DNA of 64,000 nucleotides from Candidatus Azotimanducaceae bacterium. GTDB lineage: Bacteria; Pseudomonadota; Gammaproteobacteria; Pseudomonadales; Azotimanducaceae. Of this stretch, positions 1 through 11,252 are shown piece by piece. The DNA lies in assembly GCA_965243095.1 (NCBI GenBank), contig OZ251530.1, positions 1,480,415-1,544,414 on the forward strand, given 5' to 3'. The translations under genes were made by a program, and so were the position numbers. Numbering within the stretch: position 1 is the stretch's first letter; every line of letters starts with the position of its first letter. The notes under the pieces were generated by a model, which was not told the origin of the DNA, ran no database searches, and saw only the letters and a program-made list of their open reading frames with translations.

Positions 1-8
1 GGCAACAA

Positions 9-431
9 ATGCGCATCGCCTACCTCACCGAAACAACCGAACAAAACGGCCTATACCGCGGCACCTGCCCGACGGTTCCAATGGTCTCCGCAACCGCTCG
101 CACACCGCTCGGCTTACGCGCCGCCCTGCGCCAGAGCTTGGTGGACGCCCTGGCAATCCGTATAAAAGACCGCCAACGCCTGCCACGCCCGGGTCACGGG
201 CCGAACGCCGTGATGCTGGAGCCGCCGGCGCTGCTCGCCGCCAAACTCGCCCTCTATCGAACCATGCGCGAACAGCACGTCAGCAACGTCGCGCTGGCCA
301 AGCGCTTGGACACGGTAGAGGGCACGGTGCGACGGCTGTTGGACCCCTACCACCGCTCGCACATCAACCAAGTGGAAGCGGCGCTGGCACAGTTCGGCAA
401 ACGCTTGGTGGTGGAAATGCGCGACATTTGA
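9..431 (+). CDS. hicB: type II toxin-antitoxin system HicB-family antitoxin
   Basis: 140-aa ORF. The N-terminal HicB-like region is followed by a C-terminal DNA-binding segment (VSNVALAKRLDTVEGTVRRLLDPYHRSHINQVEAALAQFGKRLVVEM) typical of HicB antitoxins. A cognate hicA would lie upstream of the window edge. Confidence 0.75.
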   Translation: MRIAYLTETTEQNGLYRGTCPTVPMVSATARTPLGLRAALRQSLVDALAIRIKDRQRLPRPGHGPNAVMLEPPALLAAKLALYRTMREQHVSNVALAKRLDTVEGTVRRLLDPYHRSHINQVEAALAQFGKRLVVEMRDI

Positions 432-461
432 GCCGGGGGATCCGTGTCGAAAAGGTGCGAG

Positions 462-656
462 TCAACGCTCCAACGCCACGCTGCGGCCCATGTCCCGCCT
501 GCGTTGGGCGTAGATTTCGTCGATCAGCGAGTCCACCTCGTCACTGGCGACTTCGCTCCAAGCGCCCACGAGCACCAGTGCTCCCTGTGGGTGCGGCGAG
601 AGCGGCGCCTCCCGTGGCGTGGCCTTGGCCCCAGCAGTGCCAACCTTGGCTTCCAT
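462..656 (-). CDS. small hypothetical protein (64 aa), possible antitoxin-like remnant
   Basis: The ATG at 656 opens the only protein-like part of the 462..1142 ORF (GAWSEVASDEVDSLIDEIYAQRRRD). It is convergent with hicB. No family was recognised. Confidence 0.2.
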   Translation of the reverse strand: MEAKVGTAGAKATPREAPLSPHPQGALVLVGAWSEVASDEVDSLIDEIYAQRRRDMGRSVALER

Positions 657-703
657 TAGGCAATCCCTAGAACCTTCTACTCGTAGAGCATTTTGACCTA
701 TGG

Positions 704-3067
704 CTAGGCCAAATACCCCGCCTGCTCGCCGGCCCGCACTTCCTCTTCGGACATTCCCAGCCAGTCCGCCAACACCGCGGCGTTGTCCTCGCCGACTTGC
801 CGGCTGCGGTCGTATTCGTTGCAGGGTGTGCGCTCGAAGTGGAGGGGGAGGCGATCCCCGAAGGTGGTTTTTTGCACCGGGTGCGGGTCGTCCAGCTCGA
901 ACAGGAAGTTCGACGCTTTGAGCTGCGGGTCGCGCTCGGCCAAGTCCTCGCCGGTTTGCACGACGCCGGCCGGCACGCCGGCGGCTTGGCAGCGTTGCAT
1001 TGCGTCTTCCGCCGTTACCGTGCGCGTCCAATCGGCGATTTTTGCATCGAGGTCCGCGAACGCCAGCCGCCCGTCCACGGTGGCGAGGGCGTCGGCGCGC
1101 GCCCACTGCGGTTCGCCCATCACCCGCTTCAGCGCGGCCCATTGCGCGTCGGTCATGCAGGCGATGGCCACCCAGCGCTCGTCCTCAACGGCATCGGAAT
1201 TCGCTCCGGCGCAGGGGTAGCAGCCGTGGGGCGCGGCCTTGTCGTAGGGCAGGCGGTTGCCGCAGGGCGTGGCCACGCGCCCGTTGGCGAAGTAGTCCAT
1301 CAACGTGGGGCCAGAGAGGCTGACGCCCAGCTCGAACTGCGACATGTCCACGCGCTGCCCGCGGCCGGTGCGCCGCCGCGCCTGCAACGCCGCCAAGATG
1401 GCCACCGCGCCGTGCAGACCGGCGCAGTGGTCGTTGTAGGAGAAGCCGATGCCGATGTCCTCGCGCCCCGGCACGCCGGTGAGGCGCGTGAGGCCGGCGA
1501 GGGCGTGAATGGTGGGCGCGTAGGTGACGAACTGCGACCACGGCCCGCTGTCGCCCATGCCGGACATCTGCACGTACACCACGCCCGGGTTGGCCGCGGC
1601 GATGGTTTCGTAGCCCACGCCCCAGCGTTCCAGCACGCCCACCGAGAAGTTGTCGATCACCACATCCGCTTGCTGGCAGAGGCGTTTGCAGAGGGCGCGG
1701 CTTTCGTCCTTGGCCATGTCCAGCGCCAAGGCGCGCTTGTTGCGGTTCCAGATCACGTAGTAGATGCCGTTCGGCGGGTTGGCCGCCGTGCGCGTGCCGG
1801 TGTTCACCTTCACCACGTCCGCGCCCATGTCCGCCAAGATGCGCGTGGCGAACGGCCCGGCCAGCACATGGGTGAAATCCAGCACACGCACGCCTTCGAG
1901 GGGGCGGGTTCCTTCCCGGGAAGGCCCGGCCTTGGGTGCGGATTCCGCCTTGCGGGGCGCGAAACCAACGCCCGTCTCGCTCGCGCCGATGCGCCACGGC
2001 GTGGCGCTGAAGCGGTACGGCGCGCCCGGGCCGCGCACCGAACCGCCGCCGGCGAGGGGATGGGGCGTCCACCAATCGCGGGCTTGCAGTTGCGGATTCT
2101 CCGCCACCTTGTCCACCGGCAGCACCCAGCCGTACGGCGCATGGCGGCTTTGCGCCTCGAAGAACAGCGCTTCCACGTCCTGTCCGGACACCCAATCGCG
2201 CAGCACCTGCATCAAGCGGTCGATGTACGCCCGGCGGTTGCCGGGTTCTTGGTAGGAGGGGTCCAGCAGGTCTTCCTGCGCCTCCTGTTCGATCAGCCAC
2301 ACCAACTGGTTGTCGAAGTTCGGCGTGGGCGTGACCATGATCGCGCCGCCCTTCGCCGGCATGACGCAGTAGGCGTTCGACCAGTGCAGGCTGCCACGGC
2401 GCGGCAACGACGCCGCGGTCGCCTTCGGCATGCGCTCGTGGTACCAGTACCACATGAACACGTGCTCCAAGCAGGAGGCGATGCACTCGTGAACCGAGAC
2501 GTCCACCCGCTGGCCGCCACCGCCTTCGCCCACATGGCGCAAACCGGCGAGCGCGGCGATGGCGGCGTACGCGCCGGAGAGCGCGAAGTTGAGCTCGCCG
2601 AAGGTCTTGAGCGGCGGCGTATCCACATCGCCGGTGGTCGCCACCGCGCCGCCGAGGGCGCCGGCGACGAGATCGGGTGCCAAGTAGCCCCGCCACGGGC
2701 CGTTGCGGCCGAAGGAGGAGACGTCCACCACAACCAAGCGCGGATGCCGTTCGCGCGCCGCCTCGGCCTGTGCCGCGAACGGTTCCCCGCACACCAACGC
2801 CACGTCCGCCTCCGCGAACAACCGCGCCAGCGCACTCTCGCCTTCCGGGGTGTTCGCGTCCAGCGGCACGAAGCGACGGTTGGAGGCGTAGAAGGCGTGC
2901 CACAGCGACGCGCCCTCGTGAAATGGGCCGCGCTGCCGCAGCCCCTCGCCTGCGACTCGCACCACATCCGCGCCCAAGTCCGCCAGCAGCTTGGCGCCGT
3001 AGATGGCGCGCTCATCGGTGAGATCCAGCACCCGCACGCCATCCAGCGCACCGCTTGCCGTCGGCAC
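704..3067 (-). CDS. fused tandem family III CoA-transferase (two CaiB/BaiF-type domains in one polypeptide)
   Basis: Two copies of the family III N-terminal signature are present: GVRVLDLTDERAIYGAKLLADLGADVVRV and GVRVLDFTHVLAGPFATRILADMGADVVKV. The track ORF extends to 3319, but its first ~84 codons are Arg/Pro-rich and overlap the divergent gene's upstream region. The GTG at 3067 just before the first domain is the proposed start. Confidence 0.8.
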   Translation of the reverse strand: MPTASGALDGVRVLDLTDERAIYGAKLLADLGADVVRVAGEGLRQRGPFHEGASLWHAFYASNRRFVPLDANTPEGESALARLFAEADVALVCGEPFAAQAEAARERHPRLVVVDVSSFGRNGPWRGYLAPDLVAGALGGAVATTGDVDTPPLKTFGELNFALSGAYAAIAALAGLRHVGEGGGGQRVDVSVHECIASCLEHVFMWYWYHERMPKATAASLPRRGSLHWSNAYCVMPAKGGAIMVTPTPNFDNQLVWLIEQEAQEDLLDPSYQEPGNRRAYIDRLMQVLRDWVSGQDVEALFFEAQSRHAPYGWVLPVDKVAENPQLQARDWWTPHPLAGGGSVRGPGAPYRFSATPWRIGASETGVGFAPRKAESAPKAGPSREGTRPLEGVRVLDFTHVLAGPFATRILADMGADVVKVNTGTRTAANPPNGIYYVIWNRNKRALALDMAKDESRALCKRLCQQADVVIDNFSVGVLERWGVGYETIAAANPGVVYVQMSGMGDSGPWSQFVTYAPTIHALAGLTRLTGVPGREDIGIGFSYNDHCAGLHGAVAILAALQARRRTGRGQRVDMSQFELGVSLSGPTLMDYFANGRVATPCGNRLPYDKAAPHGCYPCAGANSDAVEDERWVAIACMTDAQWAALKRVMGEPQWARADALATVDGRLAFADLDAKIADWTRTVTAEDAMQRCQAAGVPAGVVQTGEDLAERDPQLKASNFLFELDDPHPVQKTTFGDRLPLHFERTPCNEYDRSRQVGEDNAAVLADWLGMSEEEVRAGEQAGYLA

Positions 3068-3228
3068 GTTTTCCGTCCCCCGCCCGTGCGAATATGGGCG
3101 ATCATAGCCGATGCGCCAAATCGTCGCCGACCGCACTATAATTGCGCGTTCGGCAGGCGCCCGCGCAGGGGCAAAACGCCTTGACGCCTTGAATGGCCTG
3201 CCGCGTGGGAAACAATAGGAGGTTGCAG

Positions 3229-4470
3229 ATGACCCGCACCGCGAACGACGCTGGCCGCGCCCGCTGGGCCCGGGGAGCCTGGGGGTTGGCCTGCCTCCTG
3301 GTGGCAGCATCTCCCGCACAGGTCTTGGCCCAAGCCGCGGCCGATCCCGACATCTCGTTCGGCCTGCGCTACCGCTTGGAGCAAGTGCGGCAGGAGGGCT
3401 TCGACCTGAACGCCGGCGGCACCACCGGCCGCGCCCGCGTCACCTTCGACTCGGGCCGGCGCGGCGCGTTGGAGTTCGGCGCGCAGGTGGACTACTCGTT
3501 CATCCTGGGCGCGGACGACTTCAACTCCCTCGCCAACGGCAAGTCGCGGCTGCCCATCATCGCCGACCCGGACGGCCTCGACCTCAACCAGGCGTATGTG
3601 CGCTTCCACATGGGCGAAGACGACGGCGCCACCGCCATCACCGCCGGCCGGCAGCGCATCAACCACGGCAGCCAGCGCCTCTTGGGCGGCGTGGCGTGGC
3701 GCAACAACGAGCAGACGTTCGACGCCGTGCGCGTGCAACACAACGGGCGCGTGGGGCTGGACTACAGCTACGCCTTCAACGTGAACCGCATTTTCGGCCC
3801 GGACGACGGCGTGCAGCCCGCGGTGTGGGAGACCAATTCGCACTTCCTGCGCGCCAGCTTCAACCCGATGGGCGAACACGAGCTGGCGGCCTTCGCCTAC
3901 CTCATCGACCTGAGCCACGACGACGCCCAGTACGGCGGCGGCGCGGCGGCCAACTCCAACATGACGTGGGGCTTCGACTACAAAGGCGCACTGCCGGGGG
4001 TGAGCCTCACCGCCACCGTCGCCTTCCAATCCGACTACGGCGACAACCCGAACTCCTACGACGCCGTGTTCTACGGCGGCGAGGCCGCCTTCGATCTGCC
4101 GTTGCTGAACATCACCGTCGGCCACCACACCCTGGGCAGCGACAACGGCCGCCACGCCTTCCGCGCGCCGCTGGCCACGCTGCACAAGTGGCAGGGCTGG
4201 ACGGACAAGTTCCTGGCGACGCCGTCCAAAGGCGTGCGCGACACCTGGATCGCCACCACGCGCAAGATGTTCGGCTTCACGCTAACCGGCGTGTACCACG
4301 ACTTCCGCGCCGTAGAAGGCGGCGATCGCTACGGCAGCGAACTCGGCGCCTCGCTGGTGTACGCCCCCATCGACAAGCTGACCCTGCAAGCCAAGGCGGC
4401 CCGCTACTTCGCCGACGGCCTGGCAACCGACACGACGAAAATCTGGCTGGTGTTCAGCTGGAACATGTGA
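3229..4470 (+). CDS. outer-membrane beta-barrel protein, alginate-export (AlgE-like) family
   Basis: AGGAGG (3217-3222) lies 6 nt before the ATG at 3229. The signal peptide is WGLACLLVAASPAQVLAQA. The sequence has alternating beta-strand character throughout and an aromatic C-terminus (LVFSWNM). The family call is from memory of AlgE-like proteins of ~430 aa. Confidence 0.55.
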   Translation: MTRTANDAGRARWARGAWGLACLLVAASPAQVLAQAAADPDISFGLRYRLEQVRQEGFDLNAGGTTGRARVTFDSGRRGALEFGAQVDYSFILGADDFNSLANGKSRLPIIADPDGLDLNQAYVRFHMGEDDGATAITAGRQRINHGSQRLLGGVAWRNNEQTFDAVRVQHNGRVGLDYSYAFNVNRIFGPDDGVQPAVWETNSHFLRASFNPMGEHELAAFAYLIDLSHDDAQYGGGAAANSNMTWGFDYKGALPGVSLTATVAFQSDYGDNPNSYDAVFYGGEAAFDLPLLNITVGHHTLGSDNGRHAFRAPLATLHKWQGWTDKFLATPSKGVRDTWIATTRKMFGFTLTGVYHDFRAVEGGDRYGSELGASLVYAPIDKLTLQAKAARYFADGLATDTTKIWLVFSWNM

Positions 4471-4571
4471 GGGGCGGTTGGGGCGATGCGACATGACGCC
4501 CGCTGTTGATTGCGGTGTCGTCGCGTACCGGTAGCACCGCAGCGAACGAACTCGCGCCCGGCCGGCTTGCG

Positions 4572-5606
4572 ATGGAGTACACCGAATACAACGCTGGCCA
4601 CCTGACCGGCCAGCCAAAAGCCGAAGACATCGCCATCCGCGAACCGGTGGTGTTCGCGGATCCGCTTGGCGCATCTACCGGGCCGAGCCTGACCTCGGCC
4701 GAAATCGCCCATTTCAAGCAACAAGGGTTCATCGTCAAGCGGGGCTTGATCGAAAATGCGGGCTTGTTCGCGCAAGCCGCCGATCACCTCTGGCACAACG
4801 TGCCGCAAGGAACTCTGCGCCGAGACAACGCGAAAACATGGCTCGCGGCATGGCAAGGCAACGGAGATGGGAAAACGAACGGCGGCGGCGCATGGCGCGC
4901 GGAAGACGTGCCGCGCATCGGGCGCTGCCTCTACGGCAACTGGAAGATGCGCTCGCCGGGCGCGAACGGCATCGGCACCGAGCAATTCCTAGTCGACGGG
5001 ATCGCCAACCATCCGCACATGGTCGCCATCGCCGCGGCATTGCTGGGCGGTGCCATCAAAACAGCGCGTCGCGTGCGCGGCATCTACGCCGTCTTCCCCA
5101 AGCCGCCGGACGCACCTGCCCGCCTAGGTCCGCACGCGGACTACATGGCGGCACAGCTTTCCGCGATGGTGCTGGCCAGCAACATTCGCCCGCGCAACGG
5201 CGGCTTCACGGTGTGGCCAGGCTCGCATCGGCTGCTGCATCCCCACTGGGACACGGTGCATGGCGGCAAAATGTCGCAAGTTCACGGCGAAGGATTCCGC
5301 CTCGCCCGCGACCGGGTGCTGCGCGACATCACGCCAGTGGAATGTACCGGGCAACCGGGCGACGTGGTTTTCTGGCATCCACGCACACTCCACTCGGCCG
5401 GCGTCAACTACTCCGCAGATTTGGAGGCGGGGCCGCCCAGCGTGCGCTTGGTGGTGCCCTGCGACTACCAACGCGCCGGCATGAGCTACTTCGACGACGA
5501 GGAATTCGGCCCCGGCGAGAAGTACCAGTGGTGGGTGGACACCCGCAACTTCCGCGAAGATGCGCCATCGATGGCGGACAACATCTTCAACGGTTGGGCG
5601 ATTTAG
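4572..5606 (+). CDS. phytanoyl-CoA dioxygenase (PhyH) family Fe(II)/2-oxoglutarate oxygenase
   Basis: PhyH-like N-terminal motif (LTSAEIAHFKQQGFIVKRGLI). Facial-triad-like elements are present (GPHADY, WPGSHRL, GDVVFWHPRTLHSAG). The start was chosen at MEYTEY (ATG 4572); the track start is 4506. Confidence 0.7.
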   Translation: MEYTEYNAGHLTGQPKAEDIAIREPVVFADPLGASTGPSLTSAEIAHFKQQGFIVKRGLIENAGLFAQAADHLWHNVPQGTLRRDNAKTWLAAWQGNGDGKTNGGGAWRAEDVPRIGRCLYGNWKMRSPGANGIGTEQFLVDGIANHPHMVAIAAALLGGAIKTARRVRGIYAVFPKPPDAPARLGPHADYMAAQLSAMVLASNIRPRNGGFTVWPGSHRLLHPHWDTVHGGKMSQVHGEGFRLARDRVLRDITPVECTGQPGDVVFWHPRTLHSAGVNYSADLEAGPPSVRLVVPCDYQRAGMSYFDDEEFGPGEKYQWWVDTRNFREDAPSMADNIFNGWAI

Positions 5607-5721
5607 TCGAATACGTTGGGACGGTTGCGACGTGGCGTCCGCTCGTGGCTGCCAGATCTTCCACCGCTCCCACCCAAGGGCGGAACATTGCCGAACCGAG
5701 CACACCGTCGGTGAGACGGTA

Positions 5722-5862
5722 GGGTCTACCCCGCGAGTGCGGGGGTACAGCGTCGCACTTCCGCATCCCTTCCAACCCTCTCCTGCTGGTTGTTTGTCAG
5801 GGTCAGTTTCCGTGTCGCCTAACAAGCGATGGTGGGGGTCTATCCCGCGAGTGCGGGGGAAC
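5722..5862. repeat. two copies of a 27-nt palindromic repeat resembling type I-E CRISPR repeats (not an array)
   Basis: GGGTCTACCCCGCGAGTGCGGGGGTAC (5722-5748) and GGGTCTATCCCGCGAGTGCGGGGGAAC (5836-5862). The reverse complement GTTCCCCCGCACTCGCGGGATAGACCC resembles the E. coli I-E repeat GTGTTCCCCGCGCCAGCGGGGATAAACCG. The period is 114 nt rather than ~61, there are only two copies, and no cas genes are in the window. Confidence 0.4.
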
Positions 5863-6646
5863 CCGGCCGCTTGCCTTCGCCCAGCGGCGATTTGCGTAGC
5901 ACGATGTCGCGCTCGTGCAAGTCGTTCAAGGCGGCCATTCCGGTGTGCGCGAGGTCGTCGCTTTGTCCGCCGGATTCGTTCGCCAGCGTGGCGAAGCAGT
6001 CGCGCAGTGGGCGTTCCTCGCCGATCAGTTGCAGCAGGCGCAGCGTCGTCGCGGTGGATGTCAGAAACGAGACTCGATCCTTGCGGTCGCGATGGGCGAT
6101 CAGGAAGGTGGGTTGCGCGGGTGGGGCGTCGGGTTGATGGTCGGCGCCGATGCGGTGGACCGGATAGGCGTAGCGCAGCGGCCACGCGAGCGGCGACACC
6201 ACGATGGTGTCGTCTACGGTGAGCGGGGTGTCGTCGTACACGCAGTCCGCGTCGGCGGCGAGGCGTAGCGCCAAACGCACCCACTCGTAGTGGCAAAGCT
6301 CCAAGGCGAAAGGCGGCACGGTGGGGCGGGCGCTGTCGTCGGCGTTGCCGAGGTATTCCAAGAACTCCTCGGGGATTTGCGAGAAGTAGGGCGCGGTGGC
6401 GCGGTGGCGGTGCAGGAAGTCGCGCGCCAGCGCGTGCCAATCCGCGTCGGGAGTGATTTCGCGGAACACGCGGAACGTCTCGGCCAGAAAGCGCTCGACG
6501 TTGTTGTAGAACAGCCGAGCGTACACGCGCATACGACGTTCCGCGACGCCCGGGGGCAGCGGGTTACGCTTTGGCTCGCGGATGTAGGCGGCGAACGCCC
6601 GCTGCGTGGCTTGAAACCCGGCCGCGCTGGTCGCAGCGGCGCTCAT
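5840..6646 (-). CDS. hvfC: DUF2063-family partner protein of an MNIO enzyme (HvfC/BufC-like)
   Basis: The N-terminal motif FQATQRAFAAYIREP...RMRVYARLFYNNVERFL is typical of DUF2063. Its start overlaps the upstream DUF692 gene's stop (ATGA). Confidence 0.7.
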   Translation of the reverse strand: MSAAATSAAGFQATQRAFAAYIREPKRNPLPPGVAERRMRVYARLFYNNVERFLAETFRVFREITPDADWHALARDFLHRHRATAPYFSQIPEEFLEYLGNADDSARPTVPPFALELCHYEWVRLALRLAADADCVYDDTPLTVDDTIVVSPLAWPLRYAYPVHRIGADHQPDAPPAQPTFLIAHRDRKDRVSFLTSTATTLRLLQLIGEERPLRDCFATLANESGGQSDDLAHTGMAALNDLHERDIVLRKSPLGEGKRPGSPALAG

Positions 6647-7494
6647 GTGGTTGGCTGCGCCACGGCGTCGCCAGCGGCCCGCGCTTGCAGTTCGCGCACC
6701 TGCGCCACCTCGCCGAGCAGCTCGTCGATCGGCGGCAAGTTGAAGTCGCGCTCCAGCAGCGTCGGCAGCGGGCCGTGCAGCTTGTAGGCTTCGTCAAGCA
6801 GGCGCCACACCGGGTCGATGACCGGGGCGCCGTGGGTGTCCACGCACAGGTCCGCGGCTTCGCGGCGGTGCCCGGCGACGTGCAGATACGCGGCGCGGTG
6901 GCCGGGCAGGCAGCGCAGGAAGGCGGAGGCGTTGTAGCCGAAGTTGACGCTGTTCACATAGATGTTGTTGACGTCCAAGAGCAGCAGGCAATCCGCCCGT
7001 TCGACCACTTCGTTGATGAAGTCCACCTCGGCCATCTCCTGGCCGGGCGCCGCGTAGTAGGAGACGTTCTCCACGCCGATGCGCTCGCCCAAGGCGTCCT
7101 GCACGCGGCGGACGCGCTCGGCGACGTGTTGCGCGGCTTCCTCCGTGAACGGAATGGGCATGAGGTCGTAGAGGTGGCCGTCGTCGTCGGCGCACGCGGA
7201 GAGATGCTCGGTGTAGCGGCGAACGCGGTGTTCGGCGAGAAAGCGCTTGATCGCCGCCACCAGTTCCATGTCCAGCGGCGCGACGCCGCCAAGATTGAGG
7301 GAAAGGCCGTGGCAAACCAGCGGCAAGCGCTCGGTGAGCGTGTGGAACAGGCGGCCGAAACGGCCACCCACGTCGATCCAGTTCTCCGGCGCGACCTCGA
7401 GGAAGTCCACGCCCGGATCGTCCGGGTGGCAGCGAAGATGCTCTGCCAACGCCGCCATGAGGCCGCGTCGCAGCCCCACTCCAGCGCCTTGCAT
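6643..7494 (-). CDS. hvfB: DUF692-family multinuclear non-heme iron enzyme (MNIO; MbnB/HvfB-like)
   Basis: GVGLRRGL...DFLEVAPENWI...LVCHGLSLNLGG...YTEHLS match the UPF0276/DUF692 TIM-barrel family. The start was taken at MQGAGVGL (ATG 7494); the track start 7548 is also possible. Confidence 0.85.
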   Translation of the reverse strand: MQGAGVGLRRGLMAALAEHLRCHPDDPGVDFLEVAPENWIDVGGRFGRLFHTLTERLPLVCHGLSLNLGGVAPLDMELVAAIKRFLAEHRVRRYTEHLSACADDDGHLYDLMPIPFTEEAAQHVAERVRRVQDALGERIGVENVSYYAAPGQEMAEVDFINEVVERADCLLLLDVNNIYVNSVNFGYNASAFLRCLPGHRAAYLHVAGHRREAADLCVDTHGAPVIDPVWRLLDEAYKLHGPLPTLLERDFNLPPIDELLGEVAQVRELQARAAGDAVAQPTT

Positions 7495-7600
7495 CGCTAT
7501 TGCGGAATCCAGCGCCAACCCGTGTCGCGCGCCGGATGGGGAAGCCAAGGAACCGGGACGGCGGCCGCCGCCCCGGTTCGCTGCCGAAGCTGGCTTCGGG

Positions 7601-7945
7601 CTACTCCTCGGCGGGCGCGTCGTCTTCGGATTCGTCGGAATCCCCGGACTCTTCGCCCTTGCCCTCGCCCTCGCCGCAGTTGCCCTCGCCGCACTTGCCT
7701 TCGTCCATCCCTTCTTTGCCGCCTTCGCCTTCGGCGTCCTCGGCGGGCTTCTCGGCGTCTTCGCCGCAGCCGCCCTCGCCGTGGCTTTTGGCGAACAACA
7801 CGCCGTCGAGCGCGCGGGTTTCGAACGGATCGGCGGCGGTCGTTTCGGCCGGTTGGACGGCCTCCTCGGCCACGGCCGGCGCCAACGACGCAGCGAAAGC
7901 CGCGCCCACAGCGGCAGCGATGGGTTTCATCTTGCGATTCAACAT
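7601..7945 (-). CDS. hvfA: secreted Cys-Gly-motif RiPP precursor (HvfA-family metallophore precursor-like)
   Basis: GGAG lies ~9 nt upstream of the ATG at 7945. The signal peptide is MKPIAAAVGAAFAASLAPAVA. The acidic low-complexity core has three [EG]G[GKN]CGE motifs (EGGCGED, EGKCGEGNCGEGEG). It sits immediately upstream of the DUF692 and DUF2063 genes. Confidence 0.65.
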   Translation of the reverse strand: MLNRKMKPIAAAVGAAFAASLAPAVAEEAVQPAETTAADPFETRALDGVLFAKSHGEGGCGEDAEKPAEDAEGEGGKEGMDEGKCGEGNCGEGEGKGEESGDSDESEDDAPAEE

Positions 7946-8107
7946 CCTTAGAGCTCCTCTCTAGTGCTGGTTTGGTCGCACGCGGCGCGCTCGCGCAGGC
8001 AACGTGGACGCGGCGCACTATACGCCAATTCGCGCAAAATCCATAGGCGCGAAAACGCCCGTTGGGAACGACGCGAGAAGCCACCGCCGAGTAGTAGGAT
8101 CCGCGCC

Positions 8108-10819
<2,712 letters not shown>

Positions 10820-10883
10820 GTACGGCCGTGCGGCGCGACTCCCGCGGCCGAGCGCAGAGCGTGTTACTCTACGGGCGTCAAAG

Positions 10884-11207
10884 ATGCTTGGACGCACGAC
10901 CGTGACGGAGGCCAACTTGACGTTCCCATCGAGCGGGGCGATGTCCTTTGCGGCGCTGAGGCGGCCGTTGAAGACCGACGAGCGCCGGGCCGTTTGCGGC
11001 GAGCGGGGTTTTGATCCCGAAGTCTTCCGTGTGCTTGCCGACAGGTTCGGCGAACCCGTTGCGGAGCAAGTGGCGCAGCGGCTCGTTTGCGCCATGATGC
11101 TGGAGTCGATGAACGCGGCCATGCTGGACGCTCGGCGCGGCCCGGTGCCGATGTTCATCAAGCGTCTCGAACGCTCCGTCAAGACGTTCAATCGCCACAT
11201 CCGCTGA
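10884..11207 (+). CDS. hypothetical protein (107 aa)
   Basis: ORF with moderately protein-like composition (FRVLADRFGEPVAEQVAQRLVCAMMLESMNAAMLDARRG). No recognisable family and the start is uncertain. Confidence 0.3.
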   Translation: MLGRTTVTEANLTFPSSGAMSFAALRRPLKTDERRAVCGERGFDPEVFRVLADRFGEPVAEQVAQRLVCAMMLESMNAAMLDARRGPVPMFIKRLERSVKTFNRHIR

Positions 11208-11252
11208 ACGACTTTGCGTGAACGACACGACCGACCCTTCGGGTGAGGCTCG

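Noticed and set aside
797-3184. 795-aa plus-strand ORF antisense to the CoA-transferase gene.
   Set aside because: It has Arg/Ala/Gly/His-rich low-information composition and is fully overlapped by a gene with clear family III CoA-transferase motifs. This is a typical GC-rich antisense artefact.
5722-5862. Possible CRISPR array.
   Set aside because: There are only two repeats. The 114-nt period is incompatible with I-E 61-nt units, I found no intervening degenerate repeat, and no cas genes are in 64 kb. It is kept as a repeat feature and finding, not called as CRISPR.
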